NCBI GenBank assembly: GCA_012295275.1
Contig: CM022673.1
Location: forward strand, 12,710,001 to 12,774,000
Origin: Chrysomallon squamiferum
Lineage: Eukaryota > Animalia > Mollusca
Direction of reading: 5' to 3'
Length of the DNA stretch: 64,000 nucleotides
The notes below the pieces were generated by a model that did no database searches, was not told the origin of the DNA, and worked only from the letters and a program-made list of their open reading frames with translations. Position 1 is the first letter of the stretch, and each line of letters begins with the position of its first letter. A program made the position numbers and the translations under genes. This document shows, one piece after another, positions 11,976-26,515 of this stretch.

Positions 11976-12619
11976 CTCTTATTCTCTAAAAGAACTAGAG
12001 TAAGATGACTTGACAAGCCTAAGGGGTCTAATTAATTCTGATATCATCTGTAAGCCCTTGTGCTGGCTATTCATTGAATACAGTGTATCAACAACAAATT
12101 TCACTTCTTGCAAATGTTAACTGTGTTGAGAGATCACTGGGAAGACTGAGATCAGACAGAACTTAATGCTCTGATCATTAATACAGGAAGTCTCATATGG
12201 GGTTAACAAACTTGTGATGTAAAAAAAAAAAAAAAAAATCAATACAGCAGACGTAGATATTAATATATTAATTACAACAAAATATGAAGACTTTCTGAAG
12301 ATAATTTGTGTGATTAATTTATGACGTCTAAAAGCTCAGTGAGAAATATAATTAGCATTGATGTCACACAATATAAGTAAGGGATTTTTTTTTCTTTCTT
12401 TTGTTTATAAATTCTAACCATAATAACAGCTTTCACAGTATATGATATTCTAGTTACGCTCTCGGAAAGCAGCAAAAAATAGATTACAGTGAAACCAGTT
12501 TTTCCACTGTTTGCATTTCTTCAGCTGCATTTTGCAAAATTTATTACCATATGTGTTTCCTGAATTCTCTAGGTTTTTGTGTATGTCATATCACATTAAC
12601 AATCTTCCTTAGCAAGCTT

Positions 12620-12770
12620 AATGGGTCATTTCCCATTCTAGTCAGTGCCCCTATCAAAAGCTATGGTATGTGTTTTCCTGTTAATGAGGAGGTGCTAATA
12701 AGCAGATCCTTACTGCTAACCAAAAAGAATAGATATTACAAAGTGATTGTCAGTTTCTCTTCTCATTGTC
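12620..12770. mobile_element. Degenerate copy of a dispersed SINE-like repeat; other copies at ~22375-22495, ~23190-23225 and, in opposite orientation, ~13600-13700, ~18940-19050, ~37260-37360, ~48135-48255
   Basis: Shared motifs such as (GG)CTATTTCCCATTC(T/C)AG-CAGTGC and AAAGATCC-TTGC, or their reverse complements (CTGGAATGGGAAAT), recur at these sites. SINE identity is inference. Confidence 0.55.
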
Positions 12771-14538
12771 CCTGTGATTCTATACCAGATGGACAACATC
12801 ATGTTACTTTACATTACTGAGTGGGTCAAATAAATATTTCTTTCTTCTTTCTGCTTTCCTGTGTTGTCTAGTAGATCTCTGATTTATTTTTATTTAGTAG
12901 ACAGTGGTGTTGAATAGTTTAAAACCATCTCCCGAACCAGAAAATAAATTAAATAAATGAAAATAAAATAAAATAAAATAAAATAAAATAAAAGTAAAAA
13001 TAAAATAGATTAAACAAATAAACAAACAAACAAACAAACAAACAAATAAAGATTATTATAGTATAAAATAAAATAAAACAGTTACAGAAAAAGCTGGTGC
13101 TCTAAAGCCAAGGCAGACATGAAAAGAACAACAAGTGAGAATCACTGCATGCTGGAAGAGCTTGGACGCCTCACACAGTGTTATTAATATCACCACTGTC
13201 ACTGCTCTGTGTGAACCATCACACAATACCTTCATTACTTTTACTCCACTCTCTGCTAATGCCATCATGTCGAGGATTTACTTTTATAGCTTTTCTATGC
13301 ATTTGTGTGTCTGTGAAATGGGCAGAGAACATGATTCAGTTTTTTTTTGTCTCGTGAAATAATGTCTGATGATCTCTGTTCCAGTGTTTTAAAGATCCAT
13401 CGCTGTTTTGCTGCTTTTTTTCTGTTGTTGTTTTGTAAGATAAGCACTGATTGTTCAGTTGATTTCTTAGATCTCTATTATGATCCTTCTTTGATAAAAT
13501 GAACATACATTTTAAATGAATTTATGTTAATAATATTTCAGTGGAATTTAGTACTGACAGTTAAACAAATCTATCACATAATTAGTTTTGTTAAAGATTT
13601 GATGAGAGAAGAAACCTACTGCCACCATTTTGTATAGTACACTTATCTGCAACAAGATTTCTTTTATTTGCCCTTTCCATAGAAATGAACACATGCTAAC
13701 AGAAATTTAAAGTAAAGCATTCCATCTATTATTAAGATATTTATGATTAATTAAAAAGCTAAAATGTAACAAAAAATAATAATAATAATTAAAAAAAAAT
13801 ATATATAAGCATAATCCAGGTTCTTTTCTCATAAGTTCAAATACACATTTGCTAACTAATTTGTTGATTCAAAATGGCTGCCACATTTGTCAGCTCTTCC
13901 TGCTCAGACCTCAAACAGACATTTTTATTAACAACACAGAGTTGAAAATCTTTTACAAAACAAAGATTTCTTTGAACACCAACAGCATGTGGTTTAGTTG
14001 TTTGCAGATTTATTCACTGAACTAATACAGTGCTGCTCTGTCAGTGTGTGTTCATTAATAAAGTGAGAAATCAAGTGAAGTAATCAGACTGAGTGTAAAG
14101 TCAAGTGAATTATATGTCTCTTGTCACCATAAAAAGATCCATGTGGCAAAAAATGCTCTCAAATATCAATTTTTCTTTTATACAGATTTAGAGAAAAGAG
14201 CACTACATAAGACATTTTCTTGGTACCTTTTAAGTCTCATATATATGTTTATAATTTTATATTTATATTTATATTAAAACAATAATTTTATGTAGCAACA
14301 CTGCTTTAAGGTACCTTTTCATTTATCATGTCATAAGTACATTGGTAATTAATCATCTACAGCAGATGATGTAATTTCTGTCAGTAATTCTGGTATTACA
14401 TAAAACAAAAGATACTGAAGCATGAAATTAAATTTAAAAAATTGTGAATTTGTTTTCTGATACAGTTGATTTTTAACAAATGTACTTTGAGTATGCTTCA
14501 TTTATATATATGTGTGGTTTTTGTATTTGATTTCTGGT

Positions 14539-14569
<31 letters not shown>

Positions 14570-14790
14570 TATTTCTTAATATTCTGTATGCTGCATGAGT
14601 CAATTATTAGTTAAATGATTTAACCTTGCTTTTATTTCAATTTAATACAGTACAATATTTAACTCACTAATGAGAAATACCCAGTGTGGCAATGAAAGGT
14701 ATGACATTTCTTTCTTGTTACTCTTGTTAATGATGATCAAAGTAAGAAAACCTTCATGTTGAGTTTACTTAAAATAATCATAAAACTCAC

Positions 14791-14884
14791 CTTCGATCGA
14801 TGGACGTCCCCATCATCCGTTTCTCCAACTCCCAGCAGTTTCCGAGTTTTCAACCGGCTGTGCAAATCACCACTGCTATGCTTC
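14791..14884 (-). CDS. TP53I11: TP53I11 homologue first shared coding exon: (x)[31 protein letters not shown]
   Basis: Poly-T TTTAG| acceptor and AAG|GTGAGT donor; 94 nt, phase 2 to 0; closely matches the recalled hallmark [33 protein letters not shown]. It has no ATG, so an upstream phase-2 exon is required. Confidence 0.97.
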
Positions 14885-14915
14885 CTAAAAAAAAAAAAAA
14901 AAAAAAATAAAATAA

Positions 14916-14946
<31 letters not shown>

Positions 14947-15133
14947 CTATCTTTCTCCTTTTTTTGTTCATTTCTCTTTCTTGCTCTCACACTGCCTGTT
15001 TCTCTATACGTTGTCATCTATATCTCAGGTGTGTTTATTTTTGTTTTATTATCAACATCATCATGGTCTTTTTTTTCTAACTTTTATTCTCTCTTACACT
15101 TTCCATAATCTTCTCTCTTTCTCTCATTCTCTT

Positions 15134-15233
<100 letters not shown>

Positions 15234-15898
15234 GACAAACATACTTAAATGTCTATTTCTATGTGCTTTCACAGACACATTTTAATAATTTATACAAAAC
15301 ATCTTGTAATGGTCTTTGATCTAATTTCATTATTAAAAATTCTTTTGTTGTTTCTATGTGTTGGACCTAGTTTTAATTATCAGTGTTGTGTTTCTGTTAT
15401 TAAATATTATTTTTATTGTCCTCTGCCTTTAACATTGAAAAACAATTAATTTTTAATATCAGTGTTGTCATTTCATTACTGAGTCCCCTTTTCCCATTCT
15501 AACTTTATTAAACTATCAGAGATATTTTTAATGATTTACCTTCTTTAGACTATTAAAACTTTTTTTTGAAATAATTATTTTTTGTTTAAACTATTAAAGA
15601 AATTTTTAAATCATCTTTTGTTTAAACAATTAAAGATATTTTAAATGAATTACACATTTAAATCCTTGCATTTCAACAAAACAATAAACATCTCACAGGT
15701 AATAATTTTGACAAAAATGGCATCTGCTTATTAGTTTAGTAAATACTGTATTCTATGTTTTCTAATCTGGTGAAAATGCATGAACAAGATCTCTTGTTGT
15801 TAATAATATCAGTGGCAACAACAGGTTGATTCTGAGTCAGAAATTCTTAGACCAATTAGTTTTATTTTAAAATACATATATATCTATATCTATATATA

Positions 15899-15934
<36 letters not shown>

Positions 15935-16168
15935 GGCTTATTAGAAAATAGTATTACAAAAATAATTTAGTTTTTTCATACTTTTTGTAACAATTTATGA
16001 AGATCAAATAGTTTTTGATTATTTGAGTTTTGTCTGTCACTGTTTATTACGTTAGAAAATATAAAATCATGGATTGTTTCAAAAATAGTTTTTTTCTTAC
16101 AGACTTCCTGGAAAGTCTTTGAGGAGGACTCCCTGAGGTCCATGAACCAGATTTTAACAACCACTTAC

Positions 16169-16194
16169 CACTGAGGCAAAATAATGGTCATCAT
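16169..16194 (-). CDS. Weaker candidate first coding exon: MMTIILPQ(W)-KHSS, possibly derived from a SINE A-box
   Basis: GTG|GTAAGT donor; 26 nt = phase 2. TTGCCTCAGTGGTAA resembles a tRNA/SINE A-box and there is no CpG patch. Confidence 0.22.
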
Positions 16195-17256
16195 GAAAAA
16201 AAAACCATGTATTTGATGCCTAATAATGATGAAGATTAAATATACTGAGACAAATAAACATTTGCTGAACTAAAGAAAACTCTGAGACAGTCATGTGCGA
16301 CTGAACAGATTCTGGAAATGCAGACAGATGCCACAAGGCACAGTCAACCTTGAACCAAACAAGACAAAACTGTTACACACCAGTTACTGCTAGCCTAAAA
16401 TGGTCCTCAGACTTACATCAGAATTATGTGTGTCTGTGAGAGAGATGGGTAAGTGTGTTTTTGTGGTTATATTTGTGTGTGTCTGTCTGTCTGTCTGTGC
16501 CCTAGCCTTTGATAAAAAAAAAGTTAAAGAGCATGAACTGGAATGAGATATAGTGTATTGGACTGATTCGTGAACACTGATCCAATAATCTATCACACCT
16601 AAGGTAAAGATTTTGGGGTATAATCAGCTATGGAGCACTGTCTATACTGGGAAATAATCAATTTGATGAAGTGAGGGGAATTGATTAAACAGACTATCAG
16701 AACTCAGATGACTGTTAAGTTACTTCCAACTCCTGTCATCAAATAAAAAAATAAAATTAACTCTAGTTTAAATTTCAGAATGAGGAATGTACCTACCACA
16801 AATCTGAGACACTAGTTATGGAGCTTTGGTTGGACTGGACTATATCAGTAAAAGGAAGACTGATCTTGAAATTTCTAATCCTTTCACTCTAAAAACTCTT
16901 TAACTAAAGCTTGATGAATTATAACCCATCCTATACTGGCAGTGATAGATTGACTATGACACTAATACGTTTTATTACTCTCACCATTAGCTACAGACTG
17001 TAGGACAAACAGACAGAAACAAGAAGAAGTAAAAAAAAACACACATCAACACTTAAGTGTCCCTTCTCAGCAAGTTCATATCTCTAAGAGTCTAATTGTG
17101 TAGATGTCAGTTTGCTAACTGTTGGCATGGAAACAGGAAAATGGTCACCAAAATCAAATTTGGTAGCGTATAATAATGGCATGGATGCAAATTGCATTTA
17201 AACATGCCCTGTGGTTGTGTTGGGATGCTTTTCAGTATGTGAGGGTCTGGTGTGCA

Positions 17257-17287
<31 letters not shown>

Positions 17288-18125
17288 TTGTGTGTTTGTG
17301 TGTATGTGTGTGTTGTGTTTTGTGCCCACCTATGTGTATATTTATATGTACATGTTTGTGTGTGTGTGTATGTCTGATTCAAAGTTTTATATTTTTGTTT
17401 TTTGGGTGAGTTTTTGATTTAATGGTGTGTTACTGAATGGTTTTATGTTTTTGTTTTTTTTTTGGGTGTGTTTGTATGATTTAATTACATTTGTAGCTTA
17501 TATTTTGATATGTGGTTATGTCTTATGCTGAATGGTTTTCCTTTAAAATGTATTTTTATCGTAATACATTTTTGATATATTTAACAAAACCAAATATGAA
17601 TGTAAAACATGATATTTGCATGTCCATTTTACTTGTGTCTGGATGTGTCTGTATATTTTTCATGGCACTGTCACATGGTGTTGTATGTAGTAGTAGTAAT
17701 AATTGTGACAACAGTAATAGCAGTAATACTAGTCGTAATAGTATAACAGTGATACAGCAGTTGTTGTAGTAGTAATAATAGTAATATTAGTAGTTATAGT
17801 AGCAGTAGTAGTACTAGTGTTGTAGTAGTAGTAATACTAGTAGTAACAGTACAACAGTTAGTAGAAGAAGTAATATATTTATTAGTAATAATAATATAAC
17901 ATTAGTTATGGTATTAATAGTTTAAATTATCATCATCATCATCATCATCTCATCATGAAATGATCGGTCATCATTAGCGCTAAAATAATTAGCCGCAAAC
18001 CTTGTCAATCAGTGTTGGCAGTGAATGGGTTAAAGCAGCATTAGCTGTGTTAGGGTTAACAACAGTTTGACTTTGTCTAATAAGCATCATTAGGTTTCGC
18101 TCAGTTCAACCAACCTGCCACATAC

Positions 18126-18160
18126 CGGACACTGCGACTGACGTTGTTATTCACAAACAT
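18126..18160 (-). CDS. TP53I11: Candidate alternative first coding exon: MFVNNNVSRSV(R)-KHSS
   Basis: ATG at 18160; CCG|GTATGT donor; 35 nt = phase 2; lies in a CpG-rich patch (~17960-18175). Confidence 0.55.
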
Positions 18161-18679
18161 TCACTGACGACGTTACCCTGGGGAACTTGGGATTTTAAAA
18201 AAAAAAAAAAAAAAATTTTTTGGTTCAGAATGTAAAATGAAATCCAATTGATTTCTGCAGCTACCAACTAACACTTAGTACAAAACAAAACATCTGTGTA
18301 GTTCTTAAATTATTTATAATTAAATCAACCCAGAATTTTTTCTTTTTCTTCTGTCACTGTTCAAGTTCATTCAGTAATTTGTTATTTAATTTTCTGCTGT
18401 GTCTGGTTTAAAGAGAGAGGTGTGATTTTATTCTGTGTGTGACGTATTTGTGAGGTGAAGCAGAATGCATTGTAGAATATTTTTTTTACCTTCAGAATAT
18501 GCATACATATATGCATGCACACACACACAGGTTTGCTCACATGTGCATAAGACAGACAGATAAACTGACATATTGAAGATTGATTGATGGACAGATAGAT
18601 AAAGAGATATATGCATATATAAATATATACACAAATTACAGAACTCTGTTAAGTGAGTGAGACAGAAATATATATAGTG

Positions 18680-18736
<57 letters not shown>

Positions 18737-19569
18737 ACATTTCTGTGTCTGTATCTCTGTCTGAAAATGTGATGAATAACTTATTCAACCTATCTAGAAT
18801 TGGAAAATATCAATGAAAACATCAAACATTAGTGCAAATATTCCTTAAGTAAAAACAAAATATATATATTAGAAATTTGAAGTTTTATCTAATTTTGACT
18901 CAAACAAATACTTAAAAGTTAGAGCTTAACACACCTCACACCACAAACATGATCAAACAGCTCAGCACTTACCACTGACTTTGATAACCCAGTCATGAAA
19001 TACTGGCTAGATTATGAAATAACTGAAAGATACAGCAAGCAGAACTGATCCTTCACAGTCTTTCAATCACATCTGTTTACACAGATTTGTGATCTTTGCA
19101 CCATCCATCCAATTACTTGTTTCAGATTTATTTCAAATCCTCAATAAGAAATTCAATAAAAGCTTCCTTTATAGCAGCACTGCACACAAATATGTCAGTA
19201 TTCTTTATACATACACACATATCAGATGTGGCCCTGTATAAACACTTTGCCCCCTAGTTCCAGACTACAAACAATTTAATATCATATCATCTTACATTAT
19301 AATCATCTGAGATGATAAAAGGTAAATTTCATCTATCAGTAATCATTAATGTTATAAGAAAATATTGGATTTTACTTCTTTTTTTTTTTACAGACACTGT
19401 ACTTTAAAAAAAAAAAAAAAAAAGAAAGAAATACAGTGAGGATCATGGTTGATTAGAAGTTTGTTGAAATTGGAATGTAATCTGAGGAATAGAAAGAAAG
19501 TCACAAAGAAGGAAAGAAAAATAGAAAGAAGGAAAAAGGAAAAGTTACACTGTCCAAAGAATTTCAAAT

Positions 19570-19604
<35 letters not shown>

Positions 19605-20729
19605 CTTATTTATTGATTTACTTATTTATTGATTTATTTATTTACTTATTTATTGATTTATTTACTTATTATATTAACTTTTTGTTTTAAACTTTGATAG
19701 GAGTCATTATACTGATGTAACATAAATTCTCTATTTCAAATTTTGTTGTTGTTGTTGTTGTTGTTGTGTTATATTGATTTACTTTGTGTTTGTTTTGTTT
19801 TATCTTTCCTTTTTGTTTTGTTTTGGATTTTTTTTTTTTTTGGTTGTTTTTTTTTACCTTTATTTCCTTTGGGATTATTTAAATTATTCATTACCTGATT
19901 CATTTTCTGTTTTTTATTGATTTCTGTCATTTGATAATTGTATGCTGATAAAAATATTTAACTTCTCTTCTCTTTTAACTAACAATTATCAAAAATATTA
20001 TAAATGAATTTCTTTATATTTTCATATTTTTATGGTCTGCTGTTGTTTACAAGGTAATTTTATTAAAGAATTTAACTATATCTTACTTTAAAATTATATT
20101 AATATATTCAATAAATATACTAAAGTTTTTAAATCATTTCATAGATTGAAATGAAATGAATAGATATTTGAAAAATAATTATATTCTAGTTAGAAAATAA
20201 GAAATCCAGCTGATACACTATAAAACAACAGGAAAAATTGATAAATCAAGACTTGATAAACAGACTGACAGAAAGCTATAAATTCAAAACAGACACACAG
20301 ATGGATGTACACATTTAAATAAAGATGTGTGTACAAGATACACAAATAAAAAAATGCAAACTAAATAGAAACAAAAATACAAAAATACACATATACCCTC
20401 ACACACACACATGCACACAAACACACACACACACACACACACACAGACACCAGTAAATGAATAATTATAAAAAAAACATACACATGTAAGTATAAAACAC
20501 ACACACAAATAAAACCAAACACACATCCTCAAATACCCTCATGAACACTATTACACATATTTACACCCTACAACAAACACTCATAAAAACATCAAAAACA
20601 AACACAATGGATATACAAAACATCACACCCTAAACATCAAAACACCTACATCCACCACACCCACCCACAAGTCACAACAACAACAACAACAAACACAACA
20701 AAAAAAAAAAAAAAACAACCTTCACCTAC

Positions 20730-20758
20730 CTTTGAAGAAGTTTCAGAAATTTATTCAT
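20730..20758 (-). CDS. TP53I11: Candidate alternative first coding exon: MNKFLKLLQ(R)-KHSS
   Basis: GTGATGA start context; AAG|GTAGGT donor; 29 nt = phase 2; CpG-retaining patch directly upstream (~20830-21170). Confidence 0.6.
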
Positions 20759-21264
20759 CACAAACAAAAACAAACAAATCCTTTTTTTTTTTCAGAACAC
20801 ACAAACTTTGAACAGTAAAATCTTTCACTTCGTCTGTCCGAAATGTCAACCTGTCTTCTTCTCTAAGACAATTTTCTTTTTCCCTCTTTCTCAATCTTAT
20901 TGGACCGAAGTTAAAAACCTTACAACAGCTAAGTCTCTCACCAGATAAAGACTGACAAAGGTAGAGTCTGCTGCAGATGACAGTCTGCTGACAGTGAGGA
21001 CTTTTGGCGTTGTTAAGGGGATCAATATTGCAACGGCGTACAGACGGATGAAAGCTACTGCTACACAAGACGAGACACTTGACAAGGCAGGATATTGCTC
21101 TGTTGTGGGGAACATAGTTGTCATAGTTTACATGTTTTTTTTTATATATATATATCTGTGTAATACGGTCATGTATTGGATTTTAGAAGCAATAAAAAAA
21201 AAAATGATGATTGCTATTTGTGTGTTTACCATTTATGTTTGTGTACTTGTGTTCATACCATAAA

Positions 21265-21309
<45 letters not shown>

Positions 21310-21473
21310 GCTCACATCATATACTATTATTCATTTCTTAAACACATACTCATATCATATACATATACACTCACTATATAAACAAATATACTCACAAACA
21401 ATACATATTCTCACATCTTATGCACATAATTACACATCATACATGTTCACACTAACATGCTCATGCCATATAC

Positions 21474-21748
21474 ACATACTTACATAAAACAGACATACTC
21501 ACATAAAACTCACATACTCACATAAAACTCACATACTCACATAAAACACACATACTTACATAAAACTCACATACTCACATAAAACAGACATACTCACATA
21601 AAACACACATACTCACATAAAACACACATACTCACATAACACTCACATACTCACATAAAACACACATACTCACATAAAACACACATACTCACATAAAACA
21701 CATACTCACATAAAACACACATACTCACATAAAACACACATACTCACA
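21474..21748. repeat. 19-bp minisatellite, ~14 copies (CATACTCACATAAAACACA)
   Basis: Clear periodicity. Confidence 0.95.
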
Positions 21749-22496
21749 CAACAAAGCATGCATATCACGCTGTAACACACCATATCAGCTGCACACTCAA
21801 ACAAATACATCACAACTCAGATACACACACACAGATCACACAACACACAGAAAAGAGACTTATAAACATAAACAAAAGACCCCACAACAAACACAGTTAG
21901 ACACAGACAAACACATAAACGACAGACACAGATATCACTAACATGTTAAAAACAAAACTCAGAACGTTCCATCCCACACAGAAACAGATACATCTATAGA
22001 CAGAACACAGATCTGTGAAAAGATAAAACAAAAAATATATAATTAATCAGGAAACCTTTCACGTCTGCAGCAAAGTGTTATACATCAAGAAATCCTAGCA
22101 ATGTGGTTTAATCTGAGCGAGATCAGCTCACTGATAAATCATTTCTCTGAAGAACTAGGTTCTTGGTAGATACTGTGGATATACTGTAACTCATACTCCT
22201 TCAAAATCTGAGGGTTAACAGCATCAACTCTTCATCATGAATGCCTTCAAGATCAGGGGTTAATGGGATCAACCCGTTATGGCTGCAATGTAGCTAAAAA
22301 TTCTTCAAGAATTGAAGTTAATAGGATCAACCCTTCATACTTTACATTGGCTATAATACAGTTCAGAGGTTCTGGTGGATACATTAGGCTATTTCCCATT
22401 CCTGCCTGGTACTCATGACCAGAGGATGTTTTGTTTGTGTTCTTCTGTCTGAGAGGAAATGCATATGAAAGATACCTTGCTTATAACTGAAAAGAT

Positions 22497-22595
22497 TGAT
22501 ATTTGACTGTTCAGATATTTCACTATTCAGATATTTGAATGTTTAGATATTTGACTGTTTAGATATTTGAGTGTTTAGATAATGAATGTTTAGAT
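22497..22595. repeat. ~16-bp tandem repeat (AGATATTTGACTGTTT), ~6 copies
   Basis: Direct repeats visible. Confidence 0.8.
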
Positions 22596-24739
22596 TACAA
22601 ATGGATGTTAAGTAGATAAATATCAAAATATATTTCACATTCCATTATCTTTCAGTTTAATTTCAATTTTTTTTTTTCCCAAGAAGAATTTTTTTTTTAT
22701 ATATTCTGTCCTTTAGTTAAAACCAAATTGAAATCAGTTGTTGGCATACTTCTTAAAAGTACTTTTAACCTTTTCTTTCTTTTTTTCTTTTAAATAACTT
22801 AAGTAAATTTATGAGAAGAGGAAATGATTTTGTTTATCTTCTCTTCAATTAGTGAACTGAAAGGTAAATAAAGAAAAAGTAAAAAATGTTACTGTTAAAA
22901 TCAAATTAGCTGAACATCTTCTTGAAAACATAAAAGTTAGTTAACTCATGACTGTGTTTGAACTGTCGATTTACTCTTTGTAAAAACTTGATTGAGGTTA
23001 TTCAGTGAACCTCAGAATCCCTCCACACAGAAAAAATAACTGCCTTAGTGGTTAAAGTTTTTCTGTTTTTTTCTAGTTCCATTTTTAATTATTTACATTA
23101 TTTTGGAAAGTTTATCACTAAATCTTTCCAGAATTTTCTACATATCTGGTGCATGTCAGATCACATGATCAATTTTACTTAGCAAGGTTACTGGGCTACT
23201 TCCCATTCTAGACAGTGCACCATGGGAAGGTGTAAATATAAAAATGTTGCTGCTAACTTTAAAAAATTGGCAATCATATTGAAACAGCAGGTTACCTTTT
23301 CTTTTTATCTGTGTGAGTCTTAAATATTTTTTTAATCTGTTGACAGCATCGTTAAACAAAACATTTCTTCATCCCTTTGATATATTTATATATTTATTTA
23401 TTAATATAAGTTTTGTATTGTTGTTGTTATTGTTATTGTTTTTATTGTTGTTATTTCTTTTTTCCTTCAAGATTTGTTTAATGCTGTTTATGCAGATAAC
23501 CACAATGGCACCACCAGGATTCAAACACCCATGTTATGTCTCAACACACATAGCACATCATCATATCTTCATGACTATTACTGTTGTTGTCGTTGTTGTA
23601 GTTGTTATCACTCTTGTTATTACTGCAGTTGATGTTATTAATCTTGGTGGTAACAGATTTACTTAGAAGACTGAATTGCCAAGATAGCAGATTAATGTAA
23701 TGATTAAAAATTGCTTTGAAAGACTGAGTACCTCTATAACCCATCCTAAAGACATTAATATGCAACAATAGTATAATGATTTCGACACCAAAAGTTTTAC
23801 AGCTGATAAAAACATGAAGATATGTTAAAACTGAAGGTAAAAAAGTCAGATAATGAGACATACGTGAAATAGTTTGTCTTCATCAACAAGAAATTGTTTT
23901 ATAGCCAAAATCTGTTGTTCTGTTTTTTTCAAAAACAATGTTAACCAAAAACATTCTTTTTAATTCAAAGGATTAAGTATGTTAGCAAATATATATATAA
24001 ATAAATAAATAAGTTGGTAAGTAAATGAATAATAACAAAAATAATAGGAATAAAAAATAGTAATTTTATAATAACAACAAAAGTAATGGAATAATACTTA
24101 TAATAATAATAAAGTAATACAATACTTATAACAACAATAACAACATTTAAATTACTGAATTTAAATGAAATCTATCAAAAAAACAAACAAAAAAAACAGG
24201 CAATAATAATGCCAACAGTTTTATATTTAATGAAGACTTTTCCTGGTATAGGTACAAAAATATAAAATTTTAAAATTTAAAAAAAAAAAAATGATAGATT
24301 ACGACAACAGATTTTCATTCTGGTAGTGCTAAATATTTAAACGATATTTTATTTTATTGGTAAATTATTAGATTTGTTAAATGAGGTGAAGTCAGGGACA
24401 GAATCTTTAAAAATAATCACTTGTTTTTACAGCCAATCAGCTACACAGGTTTATGAGTTTGGTGCCTTTTTAAATAATTTGGTTAATATGAGACTAATTT
24501 GTAAGTGTCTGTCATATGTCACTCTTTATGTATCTGTACACATGTACACATATATACACAGAATTGTAGATACATAAAAACACATACATACGGACATACA
24601 TACATAGACACCATACGTTCACACATGCATACATACATATATACATACAAGCATACACACACATACATACATACATACACACATAGATATAAATATTCAT
24701 ATATAAATAGACATACACATCTCCCAAATGAAACACACA

Positions 24740-25092
24740 CACATGCACTCATACACCTATACACATACATACACATGCACTCATACACCTATACACATAC
24801 ACACACATGCACTCATACACCTATACACATACATACACATGCATTCATACACCTACACACACACACATACATGCACTCATACACCTATACACATACATAC
24901 ACATGCACTCATACACCTCAACACACACACACACATGCACTCATACACCTATACACATACACACATATGCACTCATACACCTATACACATACATACACAT
25001 GCACTCATACACCTCAACACACACACACACATGCACTCATACACCTATACACATACACACATATGCACTCATACACCTATACACATACATGC
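24740..25092. repeat. 32-bp minisatellite (ATGCACTCATACACCTATACACATACATACAC), ~11 copies
   Basis: ATGCAC recurs at 24743, 24775, 24807 and onward. Confidence 0.92.
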
Positions 25093-26124
25093 ATATATAA
25101 ATATACACAGGAGTACAGCTAATTACACAGTACGCTGGCTGAGACAGTTAAAGTGTTATATTTAGATATATGTCATACACAGCTGTCAGAAACAGATGAC
25201 TGAAATATCCCACATGGCTAATATCTTTAACAATCAGCAAGGGTCTGGAAAAAAGAAGAAGCGGAAAGAAAGACAGAAAGAAGAAAAAGAGGAAAATTAA
25301 AGGAAAGAAAACGAAAGAAAGATTCACGGTGTAAATGTAAGAAAAAGATAAACAGATATACGGAAAGAAATATAGTCAGAAAAAAAAATGTTAGAATGAT
25401 AGAAAGAAGAAAAGTAGAAGGATAAAATAGAATGAAGGAAAGAAGAAAGAATGGAAGGAAAGAAATGAGAGAAAAGAAAAAGAGAAAAAGCAAAAAAGAG
25501 AAAAAGGTGTCAGAAGGAAAGAAATAGAAAAGAAAAATAAAGAATGAAAGAAAAAAGAAGAGAAGGATAGAAGGGCAGAAAGAACACAAGCAAAAAAGAA
25601 GACAGAAATGAATTAAAAAAAAAAAAAAAAAACAAAGACAGCTAAGAAAGAATTAGCTTGAGTTATAAAAAATAAAAAGAGAGAGAGACAGAGAGGAAAA
25701 AGAATATATTTAAAAAATATTAATAATAATAGAGGAACTACCAAAATAAAATAGTTTAAAATATACCTAGAACATAACTCGCCTCAAGAAACCTTAATAA
25801 TAATAATAATAATAATAAATAATAATGAAATATTTTCCAGAACTGGCTTTATATCTCTTTAAGTATGATTCAAAACCACTAAAAACACATCCTTCAATTT
25901 TCTCACTCTAATTAAATGTACATTTTTCTTCACATTTTTAGCACTTAGAGTATGGAAAAAAATATGGAATATGTGAACAAAGAATCAAATTGAAAGTTGC
26001 AGACCCCCATTATTGGGTTGTAAAAATAATCTAAACAGACCTTGTAATTTTGCCAAATAGCTGCACTCAAAGAAGATGTGAAATACAGTTATATTAGCGC
26101 CATCATTTACAGAGTGATTTGAGA

Positions 26125-26515
26125 AACATGAGTAACAATAGTGTAACAGTACAGTAATTAGAGCAAAGTGTGACAGTAGAGCCATTTGAGTAACAATAGT
26201 GTAACAGTACAGTAATTAGAGTAAATTGTGTAACAACAGTGTGACAGTAGATTAATTTCAGTAACTTGTGAAACAGTAGTGTAACAATAATACAGTAATT
26301 TGAGTAAATTGTGTAACAATAGTAGCGTAACAGTTGAGTAATTTGACTAACTTGTGTAACAATAGTGTAACAGTAGAGTAATTTCAGTAACTAGTGTAAC
26401 AACAGTAAAGCAACCATAAAACAGTGAAGTTATTTGTGTACCAGTAGTTACTTGAATAACAGTAAATTTGTGTAACAATATAGTAACTTATGTAACAGTT
26501 GAGTAAATTGTGTAA
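26125..26515. repeat. Degenerate tandem repeat built on GAGTAACAATAGTGTAACAGTACAGTAATT
   Basis: Many GTAACA motifs; two near-perfect copies at ~26130 and ~26188. Confidence 0.75.

Noticed and set aside
18973-18996. ATG..GTG|GTAAGT unit (also a similar unit at ~34302-34325)
   Set aside because: Phase 0, so incompatible with the KHSS exon; the first lies inside a SINE-like copy.
22132-22142. Tiny phase-2 units MIY(Q) here and MS(E) at ~47868-47875
   Set aside because: Weaker donors (TCA|GTGAGC, AGA|GTAAGA) and only 2-3 codons; indistinguishable from chance without reads.
24505-25165. His/Thr/Tyr-rich ORFs up to 205 aa
   Set aside because: Translation artefacts of the 32-bp CA-rich minisatellite, open in several frames.
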